Source: Spirochaetia bacterium
GTDB lineage: Bacteria; Spirochaetota; Spirochaetia; SP-2023
Direction: 5' to 3'
Assembly (NCBI GenBank): GCA_965225855.1
Contig: CBDDCK010000005.1
Location: forward strand, 256,001-320,000
DNA length: 64,000 nt
Numbering within the stretch: position 1 is the first letter of the stretch; the number at the start of each line of letters is the position of its first letter. The notes below the pieces were generated by a model, which saw only the letters and a program-made list of their open reading frames with translations, made no database searches and was not told the DNA's origin. Positions 33,316 through 43,732 of the stretch are shown here, one piece after another. The translations under genes and the position numbers were made by a program.

Positions 33316-33808
33316 AGCATATCGCAAAGTTACACATAGCACTTAAATAAAATCGATTACCTCGTTTGCCGACTACCAACAAACCAGCCAATGCGCAACG
33401 CTAAACATACTAGCCATATTATATTTTTGATATTTTGAAAAATTGTACTAGAAGGCACTGCGGCACTAAGCTATTTATGGCTAGCCTTGCTATTTTTTGA
33501 TAATTGCTTTAGTAATAAAGTTTTTACAGGCAAAATAATTTAGCCTTAAAACGCTCTACTATGACTATATAGATATAAAAACAAATCGCTATTTTCATTG
33601 GGATAGATCAATATAATCCCAAAGCTAATCATCAAAAATAAAACACCCTCCAAGCCTTCACAACAGAAACCAAACCGTAACCTAATTATGTACTTTTTAA
33701 AAGTAACAATTATGGATTAGGTCGGCCCATAGTTATCGACTTGTTGCGTCTATAACTATGGATTGGTTGCTTTGATTGTTTATGGATTCCGATAATATTG
33801 AATGCAAA

Positions 33809-34016
33809 TTGATTGGCATTGATTTTTAACCACCTTACAACACTAAAAAACAACACTAACACACAAAAAAAGTGCCCCAAACATAAAAAAAGCACAAAAA
33901 AAGCTTACAAAAAGCTTATATAGGCCTTGACGCAACACCCCCCCTAGCAAAATAGGGATTTACAGACTAGCCCGTATGGGTTGGCCAATCTTTATCCCTT
34001 GTTGGAGGTATTGCTT
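33809..34016 (+). promoter_or_regulatory. Upstream/promoter block of lipoprotein paralog 1, shared in inverted form with 59217-59398
   Basis: A-tracts, TTGACG at 33927, C7 run at 33938-33944, CAAAAT at 33948, GGAGG SD; near-identical to the reverse complement of 59217-59398. Confidence 0.75.
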
Positions 34017-36215
34017 ATGTATAAGCACAAACTACTTTTATTGCCTGTAGCATTGCTACTGGCATTTATGGCCTTGGCCTGCGCACCACCCGATGACGAT
34101 GATCGATCTTCTGGGCCGTCTAAGCCGACTATCAATAACGCCATCTACGACTTTGCTACGGCTCTGTTAACCGTACAAGGTACTGACTTAAGTCCTACAG
34201 AAGCGCAAATCCAAACCATCGTAGTAGATGGCATAGCTTTAGATTCCTATACTGCAGATGACCCAGCCACTGGGCCAGATAGTAACGGTCTTGCAAAAGG
34301 TAAGTACCGTATTAAAAGCGATGGCACAAAGCTTTGGCTGAAACTTAAAGATGAACATAAAGCTGCTCTTGAGGCCAAGGTGGGTAGCAATGGTCTAAAA
34401 AAAGGGTTGCTTACTAGCTCTGGTGCTTGGGCGGGTTTAGATACAGCCAAAGACTTAACCGTTAGCAATATACCCGATAAGCAGACCGAAACCGAAGAAG
34501 AGTCGCGTAAGCAAACTGAAGACGAACAAGCTGAAGAAGTCGAAGAGCAGTCGCCTAAGCAAGCTAAAGCCGAACAAGTCGAACAAGCTGAAGAAGAGTC
34601 GCGTAAGCAAACTGAAGTCGAACAAGCTGAAGAAGAGTCGCGTAAGCAAACTGAAGTCGAACAAGCTGAAGAAGAGTCGCGTAAGCAAACTGAAGTCGAA
34701 CAAGCTGAAGAAGAGTCGCCTAAGCAACCTAAAGCCGAACAAGTCGAACAAGCTGCAATTACCCGTGCAAGCTACCATGTTGGCACGGCGCTGTTAACCG
34801 TACAAGGTTCTAACTTAAGTCCTACAACTGCGACCCAAGCCCAAATCCAAACCATCGTGGTAGATGGGGTAGCTTTAGATTCCTATACTGCAGATGCCAC
34901 AGCCACTGGGCCAGATAGTCGTGGTCTTGCAAAAGGTAAGTACCGCATGAAAAGCGATGGCACAGCGCTTTGGCTGAAACTTACCGATCAACATAAAGCT
35001 ACTCTGAATGGCAAAACAGGTATGGATAGCAATGGTCTAAAAGATGGGTTGCTTACTAGCACTGGTGCTTGGGCGGGTTTAGATACAGCCAAAGCCTTGG
35101 ACGTTAGTGGAAACCCCGCACCCACAATTACCCGTGCAACCTATGATGTTACTATAGGCTTCTTAGTGATTACAGGTACTAATTTACCAAAAGCAGTTAC
35201 AGGCTGGGACTTTAGGAAATTGAGGTTTGTCGCAGGTGATGGTAGTAAGAGATACACATTACCACAGCACGACTCATTTTCAGGTAGAAACTCCGCCACA
35301 GGTTCTCGTGCAAGTGCAACAAGCTTACAGATTAATTTAAAGGGTAGTGTAAAAACGGAAGCCGATAAGATACTGGTTAACGATGGTGATAGTGATGCTA
35401 ATGGTGCATACAACCTGGAAGCAGCAGCAGGATTTGCAGGTGGTAGCGCAGAAGACACAACCAATCCTATTACCGTTAGCGGGTATACAGCCAGCATCAC
35501 CGAAGCAACCTACGATGCTAATACAGGCGAGTTATATATTACAGGTGTCAAGTTACCGAGAGCAGTTGCAGACTGGGACTTTAGCAAATTGACACTTGTA
35601 TCCGGTGATGGTAGTAAGAGATACCCATTACCCGAGCACGCAATAGGTGAAAACACAGCCACAGGTTCTAGTCCAGGTGTAACCTACTTAACGATTACTT
35701 TAAGCGGTAGTGTAAAAGCGGAAGCCGAGAAGATACTGGTTAACGATGGTGATAGTGATGCTAATGGTGCATACAACCTGGAAGCAGCAGCAGGCTTTGC
35801 AGGTGGTAGGGCAGAAGACACAAGCAACCCGATTACCGTTAGCGGGTATGTAGCCAAAATCACCTCCGTAATCTACTTTGCTAGTAGAGGCTTGTTACAG
35901 ATTGCAGGTGTTAGGTTACCGAGAGCAGTTGCAGACTGGGACTTTAGCAAATTGACGCTTGTATCCGGTGATGGTAGTAAGAAATACACATTACCACGGC
36001 ACGCAACCGCAGGTGAAAACACAGCCACAGGTTCTAGTGCAAGTGCAACAGGCTTAAATATTACTTTAAGCGGTAGTGTAAAAGCGGAAGTCAATAAGAT
36101 ACTGGTTAAGGCTGGTGAAAGTGATGATGCTGGTGCATACAACCTGGAAGCAGCAGCAGAATTTGCAGGTGGTAGTCCAGAAGACCCAACCACTGGTATT
36201 AATGTTATAAGGTAG
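34017..36215 (+). CDS. Modular surface lipoprotein, paralog 1: domain A, acidic repeat linker, domain A, then three B domains
   Basis: GGAGG SD before ATG 34017; signal MYKHKLLLLPVALLLAFMALA-C; about 115-aa A repeats (ALLTVQG...GAWAGLDTAK) and about 120-aa B repeats (ATYD..TG.L.ITG..LP..V.DWDF.KL...YNLEAAAGFAGG..EDT.NPITVSG). Confidence 0.9.
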   Translation: MYKHKLLLLPVALLLAFMALACAPPDDDDRSSGPSKPTINNAIYDFATALLTVQGTDLSPTEAQIQTIVVDGIALDSYTADDPATGPDSNGLAKGKYRIKSDGTKLWLKLKDEHKAALEAKVGSNGLKKGLLTSSGAWAGLDTAKDLTVSNIPDKQTETEEESRKQTEDEQAEEVEEQSPKQAKAEQVEQAEEESRKQTEVEQAEEESRKQTEVEQAEEESRKQTEVEQAEEESPKQPKAEQVEQAAITRASYHVGTALLTVQGSNLSPTTATQAQIQTIVVDGVALDSYTADATATGPDSRGLAKGKYRMKSDGTALWLKLTDQHKATLNGKTGMDSNGLKDGLLTSTGAWAGLDTAKALDVSGNPAPTITRATYDVTIGFLVITGTNLPKAVTGWDFRKLRFVAGDGSKRYTLPQHDSFSGRNSATGSRASATSLQINLKGSVKTEADKILVNDGDSDANGAYNLEAAAGFAGGSAEDTTNPITVSGYTASITEATYDANTGELYITGVKLPRAVADWDFSKLTLVSGDGSKRYPLPEHAIGENTATGSSPGVTYLTITLSGSVKAEAEKILVNDGDSDANGAYNLEAAAGFAGGRAEDTSNPITVSGYVAKITSVIYFASRGLLQIAGVRLPRAVADWDFSKLTLVSGDGSKKYTLPRHATAGENTATGSSASATGLNITLSGSVKAEVNKILVKAGESDDAGAYNLEAAAEFAGGSPEDPTTGINVIR
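34480..34755 (+). repeat. 39-bp coding tandem repeat (EQAEEESRKQTEV)
   Basis: Perfect units at 34581, 34620 and 34659; variant at 34698; degenerate units upstream. Confidence 0.95.
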
Positions 36216-36485
36216 GGTTTGGTTGTTGCGGTAAGCAATGCTTGGTTGGCCTATTGTTCGCTTTTAGAACATAGGCTAAGTAGGCAAGCAAGGTTTGGGC
36301 TTTATGCCAAGCTTTGCTTGCCTTTTTTGTGGTTTTCTAGCAAGGTGCGGGACTGGTTTAATACAGCCAATTTTCTGGTGCGTAAATTGCCACCCAAACT
36401 AGCGTCTTCTTCTCGCATTTCCAAAGCCAAAGAAACTAAAGCAAAACCATTTACTAAAATAGACTTGAAACAGTTTTTATTACCA

Positions 36486-36632
36486 CCTTGGCTAAATACG
36501 GGAAGAGCTTTCGGTAAATACGGGGAGAGCCTTGGCTAAATACGGGGAGAGCCTTGGCTAAATACGGGGAGAGCCTTGGCTAAATACGGGAAGAGCCTTG
36601 GCTAAATACGGGAAGAGCTTTCGGTAAATACG
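36486..36632. repeat. 22-bp tandem repeat, about 6.7 copies, intergenic
   Basis: Unit CCTTGGCTAAATACGGG(G/A)AGAG with variant CTTTCGGTAAATACG; units at 36486, 36508, 36530, 36552, 36574, 36596 and 36618 (partial); no spacers. Confidence 0.95.
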
Positions 36633-36659
36633 TTTTGCCTGAAAGGCTGCACTTTGGAG

Positions 36660-37766
36660 CTATAATTCAGGGTACTTATGTTCCAGTTCCAGCATGGTTT
36701 GGCATGCTTGGCGGGCAAGTTCTGCAGCGGGGTTGTTGGCTTTTTGCACTGTTTGGCTGTAGGGTGGGCTTAGCATTCGCCGCCAGTACTGCGCTTGGGC
36801 TAGCCCATACCATACAGTTAGCAAAGGCCATATTTGGGCTGCAATACTTTGCTCTTTAGGGTTCTGCTCCAAATAGTGGGCATAACGCTCTATCAGCTCC
36901 GAACGTTTGTGCACAGCTTGTACCCCGCTATTTATATTGAGGGGGGCTGATGGCAACATGGCTTGCGCCAGCATTTGTTTGCGAATATGGAATAACTCCC
37001 AAGTATTTTCATAACTCACACGTCCCAACATTACGCCATCGACATGGGGCCAAACTTGGGCAATTTGTTGGTAGTTTTTTAGCCCGCCATTGAGTTCTAT
37101 GGGTAGCGAAGGCTGTATTTCTTGGCGCAGTCGAAAGACTAGAGGGTAGTTTAGTGGCGGTATTTCGCGGTTTTGTTTTGGGTTGAGTCCATCGAGCACC
37201 GCTATACGGGCATGGACAATTAAGCGGTCACAGAAGGGGGCTACTTGCTGTAAAAATTGGTACAGTTGTTGTTTGCCCCAAGCAGCGATACCACGGCTTT
37301 TTTGTTCAATCCCCAAGCGGTGCTTCAGCGTTATTTGTGGCAAAGGTTGGGATTCTAAATAAAAGTGTTTGGTATCGCGCAGAGCTTGGCGCATGGCTGC
37401 TAGAATATCGGCCACCAAAGGCCCATCATTCATGAGCACCACACCGATATTGCGGTTTTGCACCCTATCACTGGGGCAGCCGGCATTTAAATTAAATTCT
37501 GCAAAATGGCTATTTTGCTGGGCGCAAAACTCGCGCGCAATCAAGACCGCTCGGTAAGCTTCTTTGGGGCAATGGCTGCCCAGTTGCAGGGCAACGGGAG
37601 ATTCGCAAGGGGCTAAACTGAAAAAACGTTGGGGCGGATTATTGATAATGGCCCCAGTGCTAAGCATTTCGGTATACAGCCACATTTCTGGGAATAGCTG
37701 CCGAATAAAATAGCGGAAGTGCGGCTCGGTTTTGTCGATCATCGGAGCCAAAGCGATGCGAGGCAT
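36660..37766 (-). CDS. dusA: tRNA-dihydrouridine synthase DusA
   Basis: ALAPM, LYTEM, PVALQLG, NLNAGCPSDRVQ, KHRLGI, VHARIAVLDGLNPKQNREIPPLNY, DGVMLGR. Confidence 0.9.
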   Translation of the reverse strand: MPRIALAPMIDKTEPHFRYFIRQLFPEMWLYTEMLSTGAIINNPPQRFFSLAPCESPVALQLGSHCPKEAYRAVLIAREFCAQQNSHFAEFNLNAGCPSDRVQNRNIGVVLMNDGPLVADILAAMRQALRDTKHFYLESQPLPQITLKHRLGIEQKSRGIAAWGKQQLYQFLQQVAPFCDRLIVHARIAVLDGLNPKQNREIPPLNYPLVFRLRQEIQPSLPIELNGGLKNYQQIAQVWPHVDGVMLGRVSYENTWELFHIRKQMLAQAMLPSAPLNINSGVQAVHKRSELIERYAHYLEQNPKEQSIAAQIWPLLTVWYGLAQAQYWRRMLSPPYSQTVQKANNPAAELARQACQTMLELEHKYPEL

Positions 37767-37772
37767 TATGCT

Positions 37773-38738
37773 CTATTGTTGGTGTTGGCGGAACGGGCTT
37801 TTTTGGCCTTCTTCAATTAGTTTTTGGTGAATCGGAGCCGCTTCGTTGTGGAGTTTATCCAGCTCTTGCATAATCGCTTCACAGACTTTATCTTTAATTA
37901 GTTTTTTATCGGCACCTTCAAAATCTAGCTGGTTTTGAGCCATTACCCTATCGCGGAATTGACGCCCCTTGACGATTGTTGCAGCACTCATCAATACTAC
38001 ATTTTCTTCTACTAGGTCATTTTCCATATTCTCATCTTTGGAAGGTATCAAGCAAAAACCGTTCAAGCCAACAAACAATATATTTTGAAATACTTTCAAA
38101 TAACTTGCTGCCTCGCGCACAGCCCGTTTGCTATCTGGGTTCCAAGGCCGATAGCGCGTGCCGGTAGGGAAAACCAAGATAATACGGCCACGGTATTTAT
38201 GCCGCGTCATCTCACCGATAGCATTTAAATTCATCGGAGTAGAAATCGCGCGAATTTTACGCCGCTCTTCCTCATCTTGGATTTGGTCAATATGGCGGCT
38301 AGGGTAAATGGTAATGGACGAATAAGCACTGGAGAGAATGGGGGTTGCGCGGTTGCCCAAAGTGAGCTTATATGCTTGTATCGGTAGCAGGGCATCGGCA
38401 GCTTCCTTGCCCAATTGGGGGCTGCGCTCAAAAAAGCGGAGCAAGGCCGGAAAGTCAAAATTGCTATAGTGTTCCATCATAATTAGGCAAGACTCACCTT
38501 TTTTACAGCGTTGCCATAACTCGGTAAACTGCTCTATATTGCGCAGGCCCGAGCCAGGCAGCATTAGCCGGTCGGCCATATTGCAAATAATATTGCGGTA
38601 AAAGGGAATGCCTGGGCTATAGACATTATCGGGAGTTATTTGTGGTATTTCTACATTTGGATTGTCGATGATCTCTTGAATGACTGGAGCAAAAAGCTCG
38701 ATAAACGTCATGCCTTGGCGGAGTTTTGTTTCTTTCAT
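37773..38738 (-). CDS. Glycerol-3-phosphate/lysophospholipid acyltransferase (PlsC-like fold)
   Basis: HxxxxD motif EHYSNFD; LVFPTGTR block. Confidence 0.82.
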   Translation of the reverse strand: MKETKLRQGMTFIELFAPVIQEIIDNPNVEIPQITPDNVYSPGIPFYRNIICNMADRLMLPGSGLRNIEQFTELWQRCKKGESCLIMMEHYSNFDFPALLRFFERSPQLGKEAADALLPIQAYKLTLGNRATPILSSAYSSITIYPSRHIDQIQDEEERRKIRAISTPMNLNAIGEMTRHKYRGRIILVFPTGTRYRPWNPDSKRAVREAASYLKVFQNILFVGLNGFCLIPSKDENMENDLVEENVVLMSAATIVKGRQFRDRVMAQNQLDFEGADKKLIKDKVCEAIMQELDKLHNEAAPIHQKLIEEGQKSPFRQHQQ

Positions 38739-38949
38739 AACATTCCTTATCTTTTTATTTATTTGGAAAGTTTCCAGCCAAATTGGACAATACTACTCTG
38801 AATAAAACTGTCAAATGGTAACAGTTTTGCGACAAATTGCAACGGCTTAGCTAAGCGAATAAGCAATTATGGACAAATTTTATAGTATTTGCAAGCTAAT
38901 ATATAGCTTTGAGGCTCACTATATTACAATAGTTTATGGAGGTATTTAT

Positions 38950-39610
38950 ATGCGAGCCAATGTTATTTATATCTTTGTTGGTGGGGCTAATAGTAGCGTT
39001 ATCCTGTAGACTTTAGGCGATGATCAAGAAAAGAATAACACCATAACCCAAGCCCCAAAAGGTTATACCACCTAGTGCTTATGAACTAGGTTTCAGTAGG
39101 GTAGGATTAAAGACAAATCTGGCCATTATGTGCTTAGTAAAGTAGAACAAGGAAAGTCCCTTTACTTGCGCTTTATACTATATTGGGCTAATGGCTATTT
39201 AGCCCAGTACAATGACCGATCAATAATCAAAAGACTTAGTAGCCGGCCTTGCCATTGCCCAAGACCAAACGCCAAGACCAAACGCCAAGACCAAACGACT
39301 AAGCAAATCAGAGAGCGAACAGCTTCCCAAGCCCAAACCAGTCAGCAAGCACGAAAAACTACTGTACAAAAACTTTAAGATTGACATAGGGATTGCTTCT
39401 TTACATATCCATGATGTATTACAGCAGTGCCAGGACAACGGCTATGGTATTTTGTGGTTGTCGGGTAACAAACTGGAAGAACTGGATAACAAGCTTATCA
39501 CTCAATAGGGCCCCACTAGCGCAAATGGATAAGGATAAAGTCAACGTCAAGGCCCTACTACAATTAAAGCAGGGTGCTGGGGTTTGGGCTAAGGCCCTAC
39601 TCCAATGACG
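38950..39610 (+). pseudogene. Probable decayed lipoprotein gene
   Basis: GGAGG SD near 38938; MLFISLLVGLIVALSC lipobox followed by stops and frameshifts; short coding-like fragments downstream; 13-bp x3 repeat CCAAGACCAAACG at 39259-39297. Confidence 0.4.
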
Positions 39611-39673
39611 TAAATAAAAGTTATAGAGGCCAAAGCTTCCCATAATGTGGGCTTAGAATTACACTAGCGCGCC

Positions 39674-42600
39674 ATGAATCCTGATATATCTACCAAGCAA
39701 ACACCACAACGATTACTCGAATTACTACAGAAGCGAATCTTTAGAGAAAATACGTGCTGGGCAAAGCAACTATGGCGTGAAAGCACACAGCTTAACCCTG
39801 CAATAGCCATATCCCAGATTCTACAGCAACACAGTAAGCTATTAGTTGTATTGCCTAGTAGTGAAGAAATCCAGCAGATTGCCGATGACCTACAAGCCTT
39901 AGGCATAGAACCCTTAATCTTGCATAACTGGAGCAGCAGCCTATATAAAGGTATCCGTTCGCAAAACCGCTTATTTACCAAACGCAGCTCGGTACTAGCA
40001 CGTATACTGTTAAACACAAGCTCTGCGCCTCTGCCTATACTGTGTAGCTTGCGCTCCCTAGCGAAGGTACTACCCCCACCTGCAGAATTTCGTAAACAAA
40101 TCCTACAGTTGCAAGTAGGCAGCGAACTACAACCCAGCAATTTAGCCCAATTATTAAGCAGCTACGGTTACTACCGAGTACCGCGCGTAAGCCTGCCGGG
40201 TGAATTTGCCCTACGTGGTCAAGTGTTGGACTTCTACCCTCCTGAAGATGGGGCCAGTCATACAACCAGTGAAACCCATGAGGTCGGAAGACCAAGCAAA
40301 GTAGCAAGTCAACAAGCTGTACGCGTGATGTTTGGCTTTGATGAAGTAGAAATGCTAAAGGTTTTTGATATTAGCAGCCAAATATCACAATACAGTATAG
40401 CAAGCTTTTCACTATACCCCCTAAAAGAAGTCCTATGGCACCAAATACAGCTAGATAATCTGCGTCAGCACTTAGAAGAAACACTGCTTGGTGAACTGGA
40501 ACAAGGCAACATTGATGAAGAGTTACTAAATGCCCAGCTTGATGAAGTCAACCACCTATTGGGCCAGTTAGCCATACAACAAGAAGTAAAAGCCGAAGAA
40601 TTACTCTTCCCTTTTGCTTGGCAGCAGCCAGCCAGTATTTTGGACTATATAGCAGAAAGTCCTCTACTATTTTGGGGACACCAGCGTATAGAACAACAAG
40701 AGCAGAGCTATTTGCTAGAATTGGAAACATTATATGAGCAAAGCATGGCTGCATTCCAACAAGCTAACCATAGCAGTAAAGGTAGTAAGGGCAGCTCTAA
40801 GCAAGTAGAGAGAATATTCCCCGAATCACTGCAACGTAAACTGTTGCACCCCAAATACTTTGCTGTAGATTTAAGCGCATTGCTCAGTAGCTGTGCACAG
40901 CCTATTATCGTTGATGAATTTGAAGGTAGCCCGTGGCCCATAGAGTTTGAGAGTCCCCTACAATACTATGGTAACATCAATCGCTTTACAGAAGATTTAA
41001 GCCATTGGTTGGAACAAGGGTTTTGCATTTGCATAGGCTGTTCTTCCAAGGGGCAAGCGCAGCGTTTACACCATATGCTACAAGCAACTATTCAACCCTA
41101 CCTACCAGCCGACCATCAGGGCCAGCAGAGTAGTGGTCAAGAACAAGGAGTCCATTTCTTTCCATTCCAATTGAGCCAAGGCATGCTGTTCCCCAAGCAA
41201 AAGCTGGTATTGGTACAAGAATGGGAAATACTGGGTAATGCCTACAAAGGCAGGCATCAAGGGGGCCAAAAGGCTAGGAATAGCGAAAAGGCCGAGCGCA
41301 TAGCCAATCGTTTAAGCCAAAGCCAAATCATTAGCTCTTTTGTCGAGTTAAGGGAAGGAGATACTGTTGTCCATGTACAGCACGGTGTAGGCCGTTTTAA
41401 GGGGATAGAGCGCGTTAGCACTTCGCGCATGGAGCGCGACTACTTAGCCTTGGAATATGCCAATGGCAATACTTTGTTTGTGCCAATTGAACAAGTTAAT
41501 ATGGTGCAACGCTACATTGGTAGTGGCGGTGAGTCTAGCCCAAAGCTGGACCGCATTGGTGGTAAAGCTTGGCAAGAGCGTAAGGCTAAAACCCAGAAAG
41601 CCGTAGAAGATATGGCCGACCGACTACTGCGCCTGTATACCCGCCGTGCGGCTGTTGATGGCTTTGCCTGCGCACCCGATGATGAGCTAGTAGAAGAATT
41701 TGAAGCCGACTTTCCCTATGATCCAACCACAGACCAATTGCAAGCAGTAGTACAAATCAAGGAAGACTTAGAAAGCCCTAGGCCTATGGATCGCCTACTG
41801 TGCGGTGATGTGGGCTTTGGCAAAACCGAAGTAGCCATGAGGGCTAGCTTTAAAGTGGCCAGCCAAGGGCGTCAAGTATTAGTGTTGTGCCCTACCACCA
41901 TTTTAGCCGAACAGCACTACCAAAACTTTAGCCAGCGTTTTAGCCGCTTTCCCTTGCGCGTTGCCATGCTCTCGCGCTTTGTCGAACGCAAGCAACAAAA
42001 AGAGGTGCTCGATTCACTAGAACATGGCAAGGTCGATATTTTGATAGGCACCCACCGCATACTAGCCAAGGATATTCACTTTCATGACCTAGGCTTGATT
42101 GTGGTAGACGAAGAGCAGCGTTTTGGCGTCAAGCATAAGGAACGCCTAAAAATGCTCAAGACTTCGGTGGATAGCCTGACCATGTCGGCCACGCCGATAC
42201 CGCGCACGCTGCATATGTCTTTAGTGCAGATTCGCGATATTTCTATGCTGACAACGCCGCCACGCAACCGCCAGCCGGTGGAAACTTTTGTGCGCGAGTT
42301 TAACCCTCAAAGCATAGCCAATGCAATCCGCCACGAGTTGAGCCGAAACGGGCAGGTGTTCTACCTGCACAACCGTGTGGAAGGCCTAGAAGAAATCTTG
42401 ATATTCTTGCGGGACTTGGTACCCGAAGCCTTGATAGAAATGGCCCACGGCCAGATGGATAGCAAGATGCTAGAAGATATTATGTACCGCTTTGTCCACG
42501 GTGGTTTTAATGTTCTGCTGGCAACGACTATCATTGAAAACGGCATTGATATTCCCAACGTCAATACTATCATTATCGACCGCGCCGACCGCTATGGTAT

Positions 42601-43567
42601 AGGCCAATTGTATCAGCTTCGTGGGCGGGTGGGGCGTTCGGCTCAATTGGCCTATGCATATTTGTTCTATCCCGACCGCAGTGGCCTTAGTGATTTGGCT
42701 TTGAAGCGTTTAAAGATTATTTCGGACTTTACGGAGCTTGGTTCGGGCTTTAAGGTTGCCATGAAGGATTTAGAAGTGCGCGGCGCAGGTAATCTATTGG
42801 GACCAGAGCAATCTGGCAATATTATCTCGGTGGGCTTTGAAATGTATAGCACTATGCTGGCCCAGGCCATGAATGAGCGCAAGTACCAATTGGAGAGCGA
42901 AAACCAAGCGAGATCGAGAAAAGCACAACCAACCAATGAAGAGGTGTTACTAGAATTAGACTACAGTGGCTTTATCCCCGATACCTATATCCCCGATGCA
43001 ACCGAAAAGATTGAGCTATACAAACGCATTTCTTCTATTGACCGAGCAGAAACCTTGATTGCTTTTTATGAAGAATTGTTTGACCGCTTTGGCAATCCGC
43101 CCAGTGAAGTGCATTCGTTGTTGTCACTAGCGGAGGTGCGGATTCTCTGCTGCCAAGTGGGCATTAACTGCTTGAAGGAGCGGGGCCAGCAAGTAGAGCT
43201 GCAGTTTTCCAAAGCGCAGCCCTTGCCACTGGAAAAGATTATGCAGCAAATTCAACGGTACCCAAAAGTGTTCCGCATTGACCCTAAGCGCAGCAATGCT
43301 TTGTTGATAGATTTAGGTTCCTTTATGGAACAGGAACAACAGCAAATGGCTGGTAGCCACAAACAAACGCAACCCTTGGCCCAACAAGGTAGCAAAAGCC
43401 AAGCCAAGCGCAATGCTAACTACCTTGGTTACTTTAAGCAAGAGCAACCGCAGCAAAGCCCAACGGCCAAACAGCTAGAAAAGCAAACCACTAAGCGCAA
43501 GAGCGAAAGCCCCTTGCTACAAAAAACCACCGCCCTGCACAAATTGCTTAGCTCATTTCAAGGCTGA
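39674..43567 (+). CDS. mfd: Transcription-repair coupling factor
   Basis: GEFALRG, VVHVQHGVGRF (CarD/RID), LLCGDVGFGKTEVA, DEEQRFGV, QLRGRVGRS, DLEVRGAGNLLG, TRCF C-terminal domain. Confidence 0.98.
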   Translation: MNPDISTKQTPQRLLELLQKRIFRENTCWAKQLWRESTQLNPAIAISQILQQHSKLLVVLPSSEEIQQIADDLQALGIEPLILHNWSSSLYKGIRSQNRLFTKRSSVLARILLNTSSAPLPILCSLRSLAKVLPPPAEFRKQILQLQVGSELQPSNLAQLLSSYGYYRVPRVSLPGEFALRGQVLDFYPPEDGASHTTSETHEVGRPSKVASQQAVRVMFGFDEVEMLKVFDISSQISQYSIASFSLYPLKEVLWHQIQLDNLRQHLEETLLGELEQGNIDEELLNAQLDEVNHLLGQLAIQQEVKAEELLFPFAWQQPASILDYIAESPLLFWGHQRIEQQEQSYLLELETLYEQSMAAFQQANHSSKGSKGSSKQVERIFPESLQRKLLHPKYFAVDLSALLSSCAQPIIVDEFEGSPWPIEFESPLQYYGNINRFTEDLSHWLEQGFCICIGCSSKGQAQRLHHMLQATIQPYLPADHQGQQSSGQEQGVHFFPFQLSQGMLFPKQKLVLVQEWEILGNAYKGRHQGGQKARNSEKAERIANRLSQSQIISSFVELREGDTVVHVQHGVGRFKGIERVSTSRMERDYLALEYANGNTLFVPIEQVNMVQRYIGSGGESSPKLDRIGGKAWQERKAKTQKAVEDMADRLLRLYTRRAAVDGFACAPDDELVEEFEADFPYDPTTDQLQAVVQIKEDLESPRPMDRLLCGDVGFGKTEVAMRASFKVASQGRQVLVLCPTTILAEQHYQNFSQRFSRFPLRVAMLSRFVERKQQKEVLDSLEHGKVDILIGTHRILAKDIHFHDLGLIVVDEEQRFGVKHKERLKMLKTSVDSLTMSATPIPRTLHMSLVQIRDISMLTTPPRNRQPVETFVREFNPQSIANAIRHELSRNGQVFYLHNRVEGLEEILIFLRDLVPEALIEMAHGQMDSKMLEDIMYRFVHGGFNVLLATTIIENGIDIPNVNTIIIDRADRYGIGQLYQLRGRVGRSAQLAYAYLFYPDRSGLSDLALKRLKIISDFTELGSGFKVAMKDLEVRGAGNLLGPEQSGNIISVGFEMYSTMLAQAMNERKYQLESENQARSRKAQPTNEEVLLELDYSGFIPDTYIPDATEKIELYKRISSIDRAETLIAFYEELFDRFGNPPSEVHSLLSLAEVRILCCQVGINCLKERGQQVELQFSKAQPLPLEKIMQQIQRYPKVFRIDPKRSNALLIDLGSFMEQEQQQMAGSHKQTQPLAQQGSKSQAKRNANYLGYFKQEQPQQSPTAKQLEKQTTKRKSESPLLQKTTALHKLLSSFQG

Positions 43568-43640
43568 TTGCAAGGCCATTAACCGTAGGTACTACTCATG
43601 ACTAAGCCTCAACTTTGCTAGTCTTACGCCCTACAAGCTA

Positions 43641-43664
43641 TATTCTTGACGGCCGTCAAGAATA
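43641..43664. repeat. 24-bp perfect palindrome (member of a local GGCCGTC palindrome family)
   Basis: TATTCTTGACGG|CCGTCAAGAATA; related elements at 45538-45582, 45971-45994 and 46157-46191. Confidence 0.85.
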
Positions 43665-43732
43665 GCTCTGGTAACTGAACTAATAGGGGTTCTCTAAGGG
43701 CAAATCACTCTGCTGCATGCCCGACTTACTGC

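Noticed and set aside
36486..36632. CRISPR array
   Set aside because: Units are head-to-tail with no unique spacers, and there are no cas genes; it is a tandem repeat.
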